IMG/VR virus record: IMGVR_UViG_3300028559_000035
Location: 2,763-66,762 of that record
From: a virus
DNA: 64,000 nt
Reading direction: 5' to 3' (one strand)
Positions within the stretch are counted from its first letter, which is position 1. Every line of letters starts with the position of its first letter. The notes under the pieces are model-generated. The model saw only the letters and a list, made by a program, of their open reading frames with translations. It was not told the origin of the DNA and made no database searches. The position numbers and the translations under genes are program-made. Shown here piece after piece: positions 40,525-52,755 of the stretch.

Positions 40525-41007
40525 ATGATAATATTAGTAGTAGCAACTGGAAAAAATAATGTAATTGGTAAAGATAATAAATTACTTTGGCATTTACCAA
40601 TTGATTTTAAATTCTTTAAAACAATTACACTTGGGCACCCCATTATTATGGGTCGAGCTACTTTCGATTCTGTTGGAAAACCTCTTCCAGGTAGAAGAAA
40701 TATAGTTATTAGTAGGAATAAAGATTTAGTGATTCAAGGATGTGAAGTTTGTCATAGTATTGATGATGCAATTGCTTTGTGTAAAGATGAAGAAACTATT
40801 ATGATTATTGGTGGTGAAGAAATTTATAAACAATCTATGCCAATTGCTGATAGAATTTATAGAACATTGGTGGATATTTCACCAGATGGTGATAGATTTT
40901 TTCCAGATATTAATTTAGATGAATGGGAATTAGTAGCTTCTGATTTTAAAGTAGCTGATGATAAAAACTTATTAGATTGTACATTTGAAACTTATGATAG
41001 AATATGA
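40525..41007 (+). CDS. folA: Dihydrofolate reductase
   Basis: IG..N.L.W.LP.D...FK..T.G..IIMGR.TF.S....LPGR.N.V; IIGG..IY; GD.FFP. Confidence 0.95.
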   Translation: MIILVVATGKNNVIGKDNKLLWHLPIDFKFFKTITLGHPIIMGRATFDSVGKPLPGRRNIVISRNKDLVIQGCEVCHSIDDAIALCKDEETIMIIGGEEIYKQSMPIADRIYRTLVDISPDGDRFFPDINLDEWELVASDFKVADDKNLLDCTFETYDRI

Positions 41008-42634
41008 AATTATATTTAGTTGAAATTGGTGATGATCACTTTGAGTATAAATATTTATATGATAGTCGTTTTTTAAATCTTAAAGATATAAATTATTTAC
41101 TTATGGATACTGGTAAGTGTTATCCAATACTTACACATAATCATCATAGGTTAATTACTGATTGTGGTGGAACAATTATTTTACATGGTAGAGTAATTGA
41201 TAATATAAAACATAAAGTTTGGATTATAGATGCTGATTATGGAAAAGATAATCATGTAACTTTTGTTGGTAAATTAAATCATGTATTTGAGAAAGAATTT
41301 ACTCAAAAAGTTAATGAAATAATAGTTGCTTTAAATAGAGATATAAAAATAAAATCAATTTACGATGAATTTAATAGAGTGTTACCTTTGTAATAAACAA
41401 TTTGATCCAAATAAAAGAAGATCTAAAAATAAATCTAGACATTCTAAAAAATTTAATTCTTTATATTCAGGACAATGCAATTATTTAATCCTACCCTCTT
41501 CTGAAAAAATACCGGTTTCAAATGTATTAGATATGTTTTGCTCTAAAAATTGTATTAATAAATATATTAAATCTGATGTAAAAAATTTAACACAATTATT
41601 AAGAGATCTTAATTTTAGAAAATTAGGTATATGATAGAATATAATATTGAAATATCAAAAGAACAATCAAAAGAATTATTTAAGTATGGATTTAAAACAA
41701 TTATATCTATAATATACAAAAAGAATCCTAAAAATGGAAATCTACCAAATGAATTTATTGTAATAAAACATCAAGGTTGGTTTGGCGATACCGTAAATAA
41801 TTACACATCAAATAATTTTCATGAAGAATTCCCTTACTTAATGGAATGGATTAGACCTTTTATAAGAGAACATGTAATAGAACAATTGATACAAGATAAA
41901 AATTAGATTTTGTAATTTCAATAATTTCACATATATTTACTATCTAAATATACTCATATGTATCCACAACAAATTGAAGATTACTCTACTTTAATATCTG
42001 ATTATTTCAAACCTTGGGCAATCGAAGAAGGTGGCGAAAATCCTGATAATTTAATTTCATATTTGAAAGACTCTATTTCTAAGAAAATATTTCCCAAATG
42101 GTTAAATAGTGGAGATATGATTATTACAGAGGATGAATTGACTGAGTGTTTAAAATATTCTTGGGCTGAATACAATCTAAACTCTTTAAAAAGTAAAGGG
42201 ATGATTGATAGTATTGAAAATGAAAATGGTGAAGAAGTTTGGTTTCCAACTGAAAATGGTAGAAAAATTATTATGGATTTAAAATAATGAAATATTTTGC
42301 TTTAGTGAAAAACAAACATGGGTCCATAATTACGGGACACATATATCAATTTGATATATTTGACGTTGATACTGGATTAATATTTTTTAGATTTGAAGAT
42401 CATCGTTACAAAAACATTTCAGTAGCTTTAGATTCTGAAGTTTATGAAGATAAATGGTTTAAACACATACAATGTACCCCAGAATGGGAACTGCATAAAG
42501 AACTTTTACCAAGTATTTTGTGTGAATTGAGTGGTGGGGTCAATTATGAGTATAGCATATTATTGAATGTAAGAACTCGAAAAATAAGAGAGGATAAATT
42601 AAATGAAATATTAACTAATAATCAACTAACATGA
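41004..42634 (+). CDS. Small hypothetical proteins, mostly with C-terminal RExK-type tag
   Basis: NRDIKIKSI, LRDLNFRKL, IREHVIEQLI, IREDKLNEIL. Confidence 0.45.
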
Positions 42635-43700
42635 CAACATTTCTTTGGATGCTATATTTAGCATTTACTTTATTTATGACTGCAACATCTATTAAAATAA
42701 CATTTAATTTAAATAAAGATAAAGTAACAACAAATTTTCACGTAAATTGTGTTTTACTTACTTGTATATTGTGGTCAGTATGGTACTTTTACTTTCTACA
42801 TTAACATGAACTTTTAATATAAACTATTATATAAATCCTAATGTGGGTTATAGTAGTTAGCAATAGTATTCAAGAACATAGAGATAATAGAATATCTGAA
42901 TTAGTTGGAGAATTTTCAAATAATAAATATCTTTCATTAAGAAATGGTAGCTCAAAATACGGCACAACATCAAATTTTAGACATGCTAAATTCTTTAAAA
43001 AAGAATCAGGAGCTCGTAAAATTTTAGATGATTTTATTAGTTGTGATTTAGGATCAAGAAAATCAATGAATAGTAAGTTTAGATATATATCAGAATATTA
43101 TTTAAGTGTTTATAAACTAACAAAAGATGAATGGGATTTTGTTATAAATTCTGAACTATTAGAATTAGATCGAAAATTTCAAATATTAAGAGACAATTTA
43201 TTAAAAAAGAAAAATCAATATAAATAATGAAATGGGATATAATTTGTAATAAAAAAGAAGGTCAGGAGAGAATTATTAGTAAGTTTTTATTCTTTCCAAA
43301 GAGAATTGGTAGTCAATTAATGTGGTTAGAAAGAGTAAGTATTAAACAAAAATTACATTATATGTTTGATAATACTTCTGGTTCTGCTTGGTGGGAATGG
43401 AGAGATTTAGAATTCATACCTACTGAAAAACAACATTGGAAAATTGTGACTAAGAAACTTGATGAGATTCTTAATGGTGAAGTATATAGAACAGGACGAA
43501 GAAAAAGAATTAAGGATGAATAAGTTAAAAAATGATATTTATCATTGGATGATTATGAATCTACCAATTAGATTGATGTATAAATTTACTTCAATAGATA
43601 ATCAGCATAAAATGTGGTTACCTCGTTGGGGATGGAGTAAAAAACAATTATTAGATGCTGAAAAAAAAGTTAAACAAAAATATTCAAATATTTTAAAAAA

Positions 43701-45486
43701 ATGAAATATTATACTTTTGATTTAACAGATGAACAATCTATTCAATTTGAATCAGTTGTTTATTTTAATAAAGTTTATTCTATAGAATATGCAGAAGATA
43801 AAATAGGATGTAAAATTATGTTAAATTATTTCAATAATAGCGGGCTAAAATCATTTAGATATCTTTATAAAGAATTTAATGATAGTAATCATCATGAATT
43901 TGACTATATTTTTAGTTTAATAAAACCATTTATTAGAGAACATAAAATTAATAATTTAGTAAATTAATTAATCAAATACAATATGTTTTCGATTTGACAT
44001 ATGAGCAATCTGATTTTTCCAGAGTTTATTGTATAAAAGAAGAAGGAAAAAAAGAATATAAATTTATTTGTTACACATCAAATGGTGAAAAAGAAGTCTA
44101 TACAATAGAAAATAATAATGATAGTTTTAATTCTATTAAAGATTTAATAACACCACTTATTAGAGAACATAAAATTAATAATTTATTAGAGAAATGAAAT
44201 ACAAAGTGATAGAATATAATTTCGATTTAACAGATGAAAAATCCAAGGAATTAGAATCTTTGTTAATTGAAAAAGGTTGGTCTAATATTACATGTAAATT
44301 TTATTATGTAAAATACAAGCAATATCCTTTTTTTTCAAGAGATAAAAATATTTTTCCATATAAATTCATTGAATTACATCATTATACCGGTATTCATCCT
44401 AAACCGGTTGTAAACCCTGTCATTAGGCTGGATAATACTGCTGATATTTTTAATTCTATTTTAAATTTAATAACACCACTTATTAGAGAACATAAAATTA
44501 ATACTTTAATAAATGAATAGAGAAATGATAGAATATGCCTTTGATTTAACAGATAAACAATCTAAGGAATTAGAATCTATGTTAATTAAAATTGGTTTGT
44601 ATCCACCATCAACCGCAAATCCATTTAAATTTAGCTATAAATATTATTATGTGAAATACACAGAATATTCTAAAATTTTATTAAACCCATCAGAACGAGT
44701 AGAAAATCTATATAAATCTATTCAATTACATTATTATGGTGGTCTTGGAAAAACACAGATTTTTAATATTGATAATACTTGGAGCGGAATCAATAATTTT
44801 AATTCTATTTTAGAATTAATAACACCACTTATTAGAGAACATAAAATTAATACTTTAATAAATGAATAGAGAAATGATAGAATATGCTTTTGATTTGACA
44901 GATGAACAATCAAATCAGTATGAATCTATGTTATTGAGAATTTTTTTTAAAATTCCAGCGGATCCATTTAAAATTAATTCTGTAAAATATACAGAATATA
45001 TGGCTAGTGATATGATGGAGAATATTACTAGAGAATATTCTTTTTTATCACATGAAAGAATGGCATACAAATTCATTACAATTCATTATACTCAAAATGA
45101 AACAAATGAAATTTACAAAGTAAATGATAAAGATGGTCAATTTCAATCATTTTTCAATTTAATAAAACCATTTATTAGAGAACATAAAATTAATACATTA
45201 ATAGATGAATAATTTAATAATAAATATTACAAAGGAACAATCTGATAATTTAGTTAGATATGGAATTTTTTCAGTTTATGGAATTATTGAAATTTCTAAG
45301 ATAGAATATTCTGAGTTTGATTATGCTTCCTTTTTTAAAAAACAAATTACTGTACATCACACATCATATTCTGGAAAAGGAGTTTTTAATATTGATAATA
45401 TTAATAATGATAGTTTTAGTCATATTTTCAATTTAATAAAACCACTTATCAGAGAAAATAAAATTAATACATTATTAAATGAATAA
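43701..45486 (+). repeat. Tandem array of six paralogous small genes (FDLTDEQS ... LIxP(L/F)IREHKINxL)
   Basis: ORFs at 43701, 43994, 44194, 44513, 44862, 45205; near-identical ~70-bp junction DNA at ~44468-44538 and ~44816-44887. Confidence 0.8.
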
Positions 45487-45706
45487 ACTAAATATTAAAA
45501 ACAAATATTTAACTAGTTATTACTTAGACCAATATTTTGGTGGTGAGTTTAAAGAAACTGGTTTAAAATTTATCCCGGATGGTGATCCAGATGTGGGTAA
45601 GGAAAAAATTGAATTACATTATGATAGTCTTGAGGATTTGGAAGAAAAGATTTCATATATTTTGATGATTTTGACTGATAAATAAAAACTTTTACTATAT
45701 TTACAT

Positions 45707-47923
45707 ATGAAAATAACACACCTCTCAATTTATCAAATCTCAGATGAACAAGTATTTGATAATGTTAATTCTTATAAAGAATTAAATGATGCTATTAAAA
45801 CATTTGGAGAATTTGGAGGTAATCCAGGTTCTGATGAATATAATACAAGAGTAGGTAATGCTTTTGAAATATTTACACAATTCTTTTGCCTTAAATATGG
45901 TGATACTCCACTAATCGGTATTAAAAATATTACTGATACAAGTGATGATGCTTTTACCGTTGGTTACGACTTTACATATAATAGTTTTTATGATAAGCCA
46001 GGTCAAATACAATCTAAATGGCGTAGTAATCCAAGTCACCAATTTACAATAGGTGAATTAGCTACAAATAGTGCAATTGCATCTGATAATGATATTGAAA
46101 AGGATAATAATATACTTTTCACTAATTTAGATGATACTGATGATTTATTTCACTATTCGTATAAAACTGCAAGAAATAAAAGACGAGTTTTTGGTAGGAA
46201 TTCACAAGAAGAACTAATTAATAGAGATCCTAATTTCTGGAATGATTTCAGAAAATGTATTAAAGATTCATCCAAAAATGATTTCGAAAATCCATTCACT
46301 CCAAGAGACATACAAAATTGGATTCTTAATGGTGTTACTAACAACGGTGTAACATATGAAGGAACTGAATCAGTTCTTAATGGAACATATAATAAAGGAA
46401 AAATTGAAGCATCAACTGGTGCAGGTAAAACTCTTTGTCAGTTCTATAATATTGATAGATCATTCAAAGAATATAATAAAAGTCTTGCGGTAATGATATT
46501 ACCAACAAGATCACTTATAAGCCAATCATTTAGAGAATTCTATCTTTGGAAAATGTTTGGTGATGATAATGGTCAAAGTAATGTTTCTTGTTTAATTATT
46601 ATGTCAGGGTCTAAACCAAGATATAATGATCAAATTGCTGATGTATTACAAACCCTTAGTATTGACGAATCTATTAAATTTGTTTCTGATAGAATCGCAT
46701 TAGGTAGAAAGGTCGTAATATTTACAACTATGAAATCTCATGGACTTAAATATTCGGATATTATTGATGGATTAAAAGAAAAGGATATTAGAGTTGGACT
46801 TGAAATTGTAGATGAATATCATAATGTTATTTCAACATCTGCTGAGAGAAAAGAACAATTGGAAATTGCTGAATATCTTAAAAATAGTGAATTGAGAACT
46901 GATGGTGCTCTTTTTTATAGTGCCTCTAATAAAGGTGGTCAAATATTAAGTTCATTTAATGAAGAATTATTTGGGAAATTACTTTGTAAAGTTACTAGAA
47001 ATGATTTGAGATTACGGGGATATGTTGCTCCTAAATTAGTATTTAAAATCATTAGAGTTAAAAATAAATCAAATGATTCAGAATCTCGTAGAGATGCTTC
47101 TCGTATTAAATTGGACATAGATAAAGCTCAAAGTGAAGCTGTTGCTATTATATCAGCTTATAAAGATTTATCAACATATTATAAAAATCCGAATTTAATT
47201 ACATTTGGAGATCATGTTGAGGGGTGTAGATATATTTCTGAGAATCCTGAAGTTCATAGTAACTTACCAGGTGTTAAGAATCACTTTATGGCATCTGAAA
47301 CAAGTAATGGGGATCGTGATAATATATTAAGAGATATAAGAGAATCTGGTGGTAATATATTACATCAACATTCTGTTGCTAAGGAGGGGATTAATGTAAA
47401 TAATTTACATGGTTCTGTTATAGGAAGGAATATGAGTATTATTTCTTTACAACAATCTATTGGGCGTAGTGATAGGGCATTGTATATTGATACGGTTAAT
47501 TTGCTTAATGGTAAAATATCATTAGATAATCCGGAAGGATGGATAAAATATTATAATTTAGTTTATGTTATAGTAGATTCTGATGAATCATTTTATCAGA
47601 GGGTTAAGGAGATTATTGGATATTTATTAGATCAAGGTATTCCTGAAAGTGAATGGGATATTTCAGAACTTGAAGATGATGGTAAAGGTGGTGCTGAATA
47701 TAAAAAGCCAGATTTTTCTCCAACTATTGGTGTGAGTGTTAAATTTGATAAAAAGAAATTTAATGATATGATTCAACAAGTTAAGATTGAAATCATAGAA
47801 GAAGAGAAGAAAATTCAGGAGGATTTAGAGGAACAAAAGGAAAGAGATTTTCTAGAAAGTTTGTCGCCAGAAGATAGAAATAAATATATTTTGGAACAAG
47901 AATTTGGACTTAAAATCGTTTAA
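45707..47923 (+). CDS. SF2 helicase/ATPase, restriction-subunit-like
   Basis: ASTGAGKT, LPTRSL, VDEYH, YSAS, EGIN, QSIGRS.R; N-terminal G..FE...D...QSK nuclease-like motif. Confidence 0.75.
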   Translation: MKITHLSIYQISDEQVFDNVNSYKELNDAIKTFGEFGGNPGSDEYNTRVGNAFEIFTQFFCLKYGDTPLIGIKNITDTSDDAFTVGYDFTYNSFYDKPGQIQSKWRSNPSHQFTIGELATNSAIASDNDIEKDNNILFTNLDDTDDLFHYSYKTARNKRRVFGRNSQEELINRDPNFWNDFRKCIKDSSKNDFENPFTPRDIQNWILNGVTNNGVTYEGTESVLNGTYNKGKIEASTGAGKTLCQFYNIDRSFKEYNKSLAVMILPTRSLISQSFREFYLWKMFGDDNGQSNVSCLIIMSGSKPRYNDQIADVLQTLSIDESIKFVSDRIALGRKVVIFTTMKSHGLKYSDIIDGLKEKDIRVGLEIVDEYHNVISTSAERKEQLEIAEYLKNSELRTDGALFYSASNKGGQILSSFNEELFGKLLCKVTRNDLRLRGYVAPKLVFKIIRVKNKSNDSESRRDASRIKLDIDKAQSEAVAIISAYKDLSTYYKNPNLITFGDHVEGCRYISENPEVHSNLPGVKNHFMASETSNGDRDNILRDIRESGGNILHQHSVAKEGINVNNLHGSVIGRNMSIISLQQSIGRSDRALYIDTVNLLNGKISLDNPEGWIKYYNLVYVIVDSDESFYQRVKEIIGYLLDQGIPESEWDISELEDDGKGGAEYKKPDFSPTIGVSVKFDKKKFNDMIQQVKIEIIEEEKKIQEDLEEQKERDFLESLSPEDRNKYILEQEFGLKIV

Positions 47924-47959
47924 AAGCTTAGGAAAATCAAGGTTTTTAATATATAAATT

Positions 47960-49465
47960 ATGATTATAACAGGAACAACATACTCAGTAGCACATTATGA
48001 TGAATATAGAAAAGGTAACTCAAATATATTTGAGGAGATAATAGACTCAATGGTTTTAGATGGAGTCGCGGGTATGAATGAATCATTTAAAAATGCGATA
48101 TCTTCTTTACCGATAAGAGAAAAAAGATTGGCAATTTTATCTTTATTGGATAAGGACTTAAATCTATTTAAGAAGATAAAGTCCTTTATTAAATCTGAAA
48201 AACTATCTAAAATTGATCACTTAAAGGAAGTTATCCTAATGCTTCGTGAATATGTTAAAGTTGGTGAGGTTGAGAAGAAAAAATTTGGAGAGGTTATGAC
48301 TGATCTAAATTTGACTAAACATATTTTAAGTAGAATTCCAAAAGAAGCATTTGAAAATCCGGTTAATACATTTGTTGATTTGGCAAATGGAACTGGAGTA
48401 TTTCCCCTTATTATTATTTATAGATTAATGATTGGATTAGAAAAATGGCAACCTGATCCCGAACTCAGATATAAACATATAATTGAGAATCAAATTTTTG
48501 TATCGGAAATTCAACCAAAAAATATGTTTCTATACATGTGTTTGGTGGATCCATATGATGAATATAAATTGAATATTTACACTGGTTCCTCTTTAGAAGA
48601 AGGTTTTAGAAAACATATGAAAGAAGTTTGGAATGTAAATTCATTTAATTATTCGGTAGGTAATCCACCGTTTAATCAGATGATTGATATGAAATTTGTT
48701 CGACTTTCATATGAAATCGCTGATGTAACTTGTATAGTTCATCCTTCTACTTGGTTGTTGGATGAAAAGGGAAGACAAAAAAAATTTACTGAGACTAAAG
48801 AATTAGTTAAAGACCATTTGGAAAGTATTGAGTTATTTAATGGAAATAAAATATTTGGTATTCAGCTATTTGTACCCTGTGTAATTACTTACATAAATAA
48901 AACTAAAATAATAGCAGTAATTAAATGTGTTGATAAGATAAATGACGTTGAGATATCATATGATAATATTTACCAAATAAATAAATATTCTAATAGAGAA
49001 TTATATTTAACATTGAAAGAGAAGATATTTAATCATACAAAAAATGATAACCTATATAAAAGATTATTGAATGATAAAGGTGGTGATTTTTATGTCAATT
49101 TATCACAAATTCGTGGACATGTTGACTTAAATTCAAATAAAATAATGGTTAAACCTGATTTTTATACAATGGTAACAAAAGATTTGAAACCAACAAAACT
49201 ACCAAGAAAACAAAGAGAAAAGACACAAGCTTCTTTTAATACAATTGAAGAGTCTAATAATTTAATTTCTTATGTTAAAACAAATTTTGCTAGATTTTGC
49301 TTAAGTCTTAATAAAAATAATCAAAATTTATATTGTGGTGAGATGGAGATGATACCTTGGTTAGACTTCACTAAGGAATGGACAGATGAGAAATTATACA
49401 AAGAATTTGATTTAACAGAAGAAGAAATTAAATTTATTGAAGAAAATATACCAAAATACTACTAA
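47960..49465 (+). CDS. N6-adenine DNA methyltransferase (Eco57I-like, gamma class)
   Basis: GEVMT, DLANGTG (SAM-binding), GNPPF catalytic motif; C-terminal WTDEKLY..F.LT.EEI..IE. Confidence 0.85.
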   Translation: MIITGTTYSVAHYDEYRKGNSNIFEEIIDSMVLDGVAGMNESFKNAISSLPIREKRLAILSLLDKDLNLFKKIKSFIKSEKLSKIDHLKEVILMLREYVKVGEVEKKKFGEVMTDLNLTKHILSRIPKEAFENPVNTFVDLANGTGVFPLIIIYRLMIGLEKWQPDPELRYKHIIENQIFVSEIQPKNMFLYMCLVDPYDEYKLNIYTGSSLEEGFRKHMKEVWNVNSFNYSVGNPPFNQMIDMKFVRLSYEIADVTCIVHPSTWLLDEKGRQKKFTETKELVKDHLESIELFNGNKIFGIQLFVPCVITYINKTKIIAVIKCVDKINDVEISYDNIYQINKYSNRELYLTLKEKIFNHTKNDNLYKRLLNDKGGDFYVNLSQIRGHVDLNSNKIMVKPDFYTMVTKDLKPTKLPRKQREKTQASFNTIEESNNLISYVKTNFARFCLSLNKNNQNLYCGEMEMIPWLDFTKEWTDEKLYKEFDLTEEEIKFIEENIPKYY

Positions 49466-50153
49466 AAAATTAATATAAATGAAAAAAATAATCGATTTAA
49501 TAAAATTAATTTTTGGATCTACGTTTAAATCCAATATTAAGAATATAAAGAATAAAAATAATAATGGAATTATTATTCAATCAGAAGGTGGTGATATCAA
49601 TATTAATAATGATAATGATAAAAAAAGAAATTTTAAAATAGACATATCAATTAATAAGAGTGAATTTATTTTTGAAAAATATACAAATAATTATAAATTA
49701 AATGGATTAGAATCAATTTCAAATATTGGTAGAATTATTCAAGAAGATTTTGATTTTGAAATAATTAAATTTATTATTTCAAATAATGGTGACACGATAA
49801 ATAACTTCAAAATAGAATTCGAAATAAATGATTCTGATTTAGAATTAAACACATTTAAAAGTATTCATAATGGGTATAAAACTGACACAATGTTATATAA
49901 TAACGGTGAAGGTGGTATTATTCCATTTGAAAAAGTTCTTGTTTGTGGAGATAAGTATATTTCAAATGGATTGGAAATAAAACCATTAAGATTGATAGAT
50001 AAAAAAATATTAATTAAATGGAGATTAATTTCAGATGGATTTTCAGATAGTGGAAATTTTGAAATATATGTGAAGTCAAATAATATCGAAATAAATTCAT
50101 ATAAAGAATATGAAAAATACTCTTATTTTCCAACTATAAATCTTAGATAATAT

Positions 50154-50348
50154 ATGGATTTTTTGTTTTTAGACTTCTATATAAAGAAGAAATATGATAT
50201 TAAACTTGAAGAATATTTTAATGTTGGTCGCCAATCAGTTTCAGATTGGAGAATATCTAATACTATTCCTGAAAAAAGACTTTTACAATTTCAAGTAAAA
50301 GAAGGATCGATAGATCCCAAAGAACTATTTAAACAATTTTACAACTAA
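50154..50348 (+). CDS. Small HTH (Cro/CI-like) DNA-binding protein
   Basis: L.EYFNV.RQSVSDWR....IP. Confidence 0.55.
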   Translation: MDFLFLDFYIKKKYDIKLEEYFNVGRQSVSDWRISNTIPEKRLLQFQVKEGSIDPKELFKQFYN

Positions 50349-50414
50349 TTTGTAAGGAAAGGGTGACAAATAAATATATACTATATGGTCTTAAAATTGT
50401 TTGTTCCATATAGT

Positions 50415-50623
50415 AATGTCAATTGTCTATTAAATGAAAGCACATCGTTTTGGTTGATAAAGCTTATATCCTAACCTTGATATAAGAAAATATCAGAATC
50501 TACAAAATTCCTGCAATGACTTTGCCGATTGTCAACAGGGCCGTGAAAGTAAAATTAAAGTAGATATCTGCCCTTACGGAGTGGGGATTCAATTACAAGG
50601 CATTGAAGAGTGAATTGACAATT
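50415..50623 (+). ncRNA. Candidate multi-stem structured ncRNA (~210 nt)
   Basis: ORF-free, GC-elevated; TGTCAATT/AATTGACA closure; CTTATATC/GATATAAG; ATCTAC/GTAGAT; CCTG/CAGG; TTCAAT/ATTGAA; AATATATA box upstream. Confidence 0.5.
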
Positions 50624-50635
50624 TAAATCTCACTC

Positions 50636-50701
50636 AGACTTCTGTGAAAAATTTCCCTTTCACGGAGTAGAATCGGTCATGAAATATATAGAGATATGAA
50701 A
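50636..50701 (+). repeat. 66-bp stem-loop + promoter + start cassette, copy 1
   Basis: AGACTTCTGTGAAAAATTTCCCTTTCACGGAGTAGAATCGGTCATGAAATATATAGAGATATGAAA. Confidence 0.9.
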
Positions 50702-50989
50702 CATATAAGAAAAATAAATGAGTTTATTAATGATGCTGAAATATATTCATTAATTGAAAAAGCAGAAAATACACCATCTTCTGATCCAGAACATATATCT
50801 AATAGAGATTCATATAAAAAAGTAGTTCAGATGGGAGAATCTGTTATTACGTATTTGGTAGATAGAAAATCATATATATGGAATATAGCATTAAAGAAAC
50901 TAACAGGTGTTGAGCCAATAGGAGAGACTAGTAGCGAAATAGTTAATTTTTGGGAAAATTGGGCAATTGAAAATGGATATAAGAAGTGA
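50696..50989 (+). CDS. Small helical (HEAT-like) protein, CTS-tagged
   Basis: Y..VV.MG..V..YL......W..AL..LTG..P.....W..W pattern. Confidence 0.5.
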   Translation: MKHIRKINEFINDAEIYSLIEKAENTPSSDPEHISNRDSYKKVVQMGESVITYLVDRKSYIWNIALKKLTGVEPIGETSSEIVNFWENWAIENGYKK

Positions 50990-51404
50990 TATAGAATCTT
51001 GGTTTCCGAATATAATTGGTAATAATTTTAAAATAATTAAAACAACTGGAGATTTTAATTGTGTTTCATATACTTTAGATATTTTTGATGGTTGGATGTG
51101 GACAAATACAGAAATTTGGCCATATAAAGAAGTTCCAAGAAATTTAGGACTAAATAGTTTTAAAATGTTATATAATCTATATGGATATGTAGAGTGTTTT
51201 AATTCTGAATATGAGATAGGTTTTGAAAAAATTGCTTTTTACTCAAAAGATAAAACACCTACACATGCTTGTAAACAATATAGGAATATATGGAGGAGTA
51301 AATTAGGACCTTCTGTTATAATAGAACATGAATTAGACTGGCTATGTGGTAATTCTGATGATGCCTATGGAGAGGTTGCTTTTATAATGAAAAGAGGTAA
51401 GTAA
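50967..51404 (+). CDS. Hypothetical protein with Cys/His motif (papain-like fold candidate)
   Basis: FNC.SY...EKIAFY......H......W.SKLG......H. Confidence 0.45.
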   Translation: MKMDIRSDIESWFPNIIGNNFKIIKTTGDFNCVSYTLDIFDGWMWTNTEIWPYKEVPRNLGLNSFKMLYNLYGYVECFNSEYEIGFEKIAFYSKDKTPTHACKQYRNIWRSKLGPSVIIEHELDWLCGNSDDAYGEVAFIMKRGK

Positions 51405-51427
51405 TTTTTGGATAATTAACTAAAATG

Positions 51428-51493
51428 AGACTTCTGTGAAAAATTTCCCTTTCACGGAGTAAAATCGGTCATGAAATATATAGAGATATGAAA
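51428..51493 (+). repeat. 66-bp cassette, copy 2 (1 mismatch)
   Basis: Same sequence as 50636..50701 except GTAAAATC. Confidence 0.9.
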
Positions 51494-52009
51494 GAATTAA
51501 AAAAATATATTGAGTTTATAAATGAAGAAATTGAATTTAAAATGTTTCCGGTTGATTATGAAGAAAGAAAAGATTTAATTTTTAATAAGGAAACTACAAT
51601 TTTTGAATTTAAAACTAAAAATGATGAATATTCTCTATACTTTTCAAATACAGATGAGAGAAATCATATTTTATCTGATGGTAAATATTTATATGATTAT
51701 TGTGATGGTAAAGATATACCAACTATATACTTTTCTCTAAAAAATAGAGGACTTTCTATTGACTTTGATGTTTTAACTGGATATGATGAAGAACTTACAG
51801 TTTTGGGTTCTGTTATTTATCTTATAAATGAGTATGACAGAAGATATAACAATCCAGTTTATACTATTGGATATGTTGATCCAAAAAAGGAAAGATTCTA
51901 CATGTATTATCTACACAATTTAAAGAGATTTAAATTATTAAAGGGAGATTCTTATTCATATGAGGGATCAGGTGCTTATTATCTTATAAAAATTAATAAT
52001 CATCTATGA
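51488..52009 (+). CDS. CTS-tagged hypothetical protein (MKELKKYIEFINE)
   Basis: Start codon supplied by repeat copy 2. Confidence 0.55.
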   Translation: MKELKKYIEFINEEIEFKMFPVDYEERKDLIFNKETTIFEFKTKNDEYSLYFSNTDERNHILSDGKYLYDYCDGKDIPTIYFSLKNRGLSIDFDVLTGYDEELTVLGSVIYLINEYDRRYNNPVYTIGYVDPKKERFYMYYLHNLKRFKLLKGDSYSYEGSGAYYLIKINNHL

Positions 52010-52755
52010 AATCTGGTGATATAGTTAAAATAATTAAAGTAGCATACCCTTTTATTAAAGAAGATGCTATTGGTAAAATATCAAAATTATTAATAAATGA
52101 GAATGGTAAATACTATTTAGAAGATTTGAAAGTCTATGCAGCAGAAGAAATATTAACAACAGACTTAGATTATCAAATAGATAAAAACAATTATTCAATT
52201 GTTATAAAGCGTAAAAATACTAAATTAGTAACTATAGATGATTCAATTAAAAATTTTATTAAAAAAGTAGAAGATGGATCAGAATTAGAATTTGAAACAT
52301 ATGTTAGACTTTATAGTAATAGATTATTGGAATTGGTTAAAAATAAAAATCATCCAAAATGGGTTGAAGCTTTATATATATTAAATGAAAACAGGTGATG
52401 AAAACAGAATATCAGGAGATAAATAAAAACAATTTTTCTTGGATTACCAAGAATCAAAAAAATTTTAAAATTTTATGAAACACATAAATGAATTTGTTAA
52501 CAATAATGATTTCTCAGAAAAAATAGAAGAGTTGATATATTTTGATGAGTCATGGAAGTTTCCAGAATATAATCTAAACACACACTTAGATATATTAGAA
52601 AATGAATATGTTGAATTAATTAATATATCTAGAAAAGTTGTTAGTGAGCTTAACAAACAAAATATTGATCCTGGCCTTTATACTAAAGATATTTTTTTTA
52701 AAATATTAAAGTCTATTTAATACTAAAAATACATTTTTGGATAATTAACTCACTC

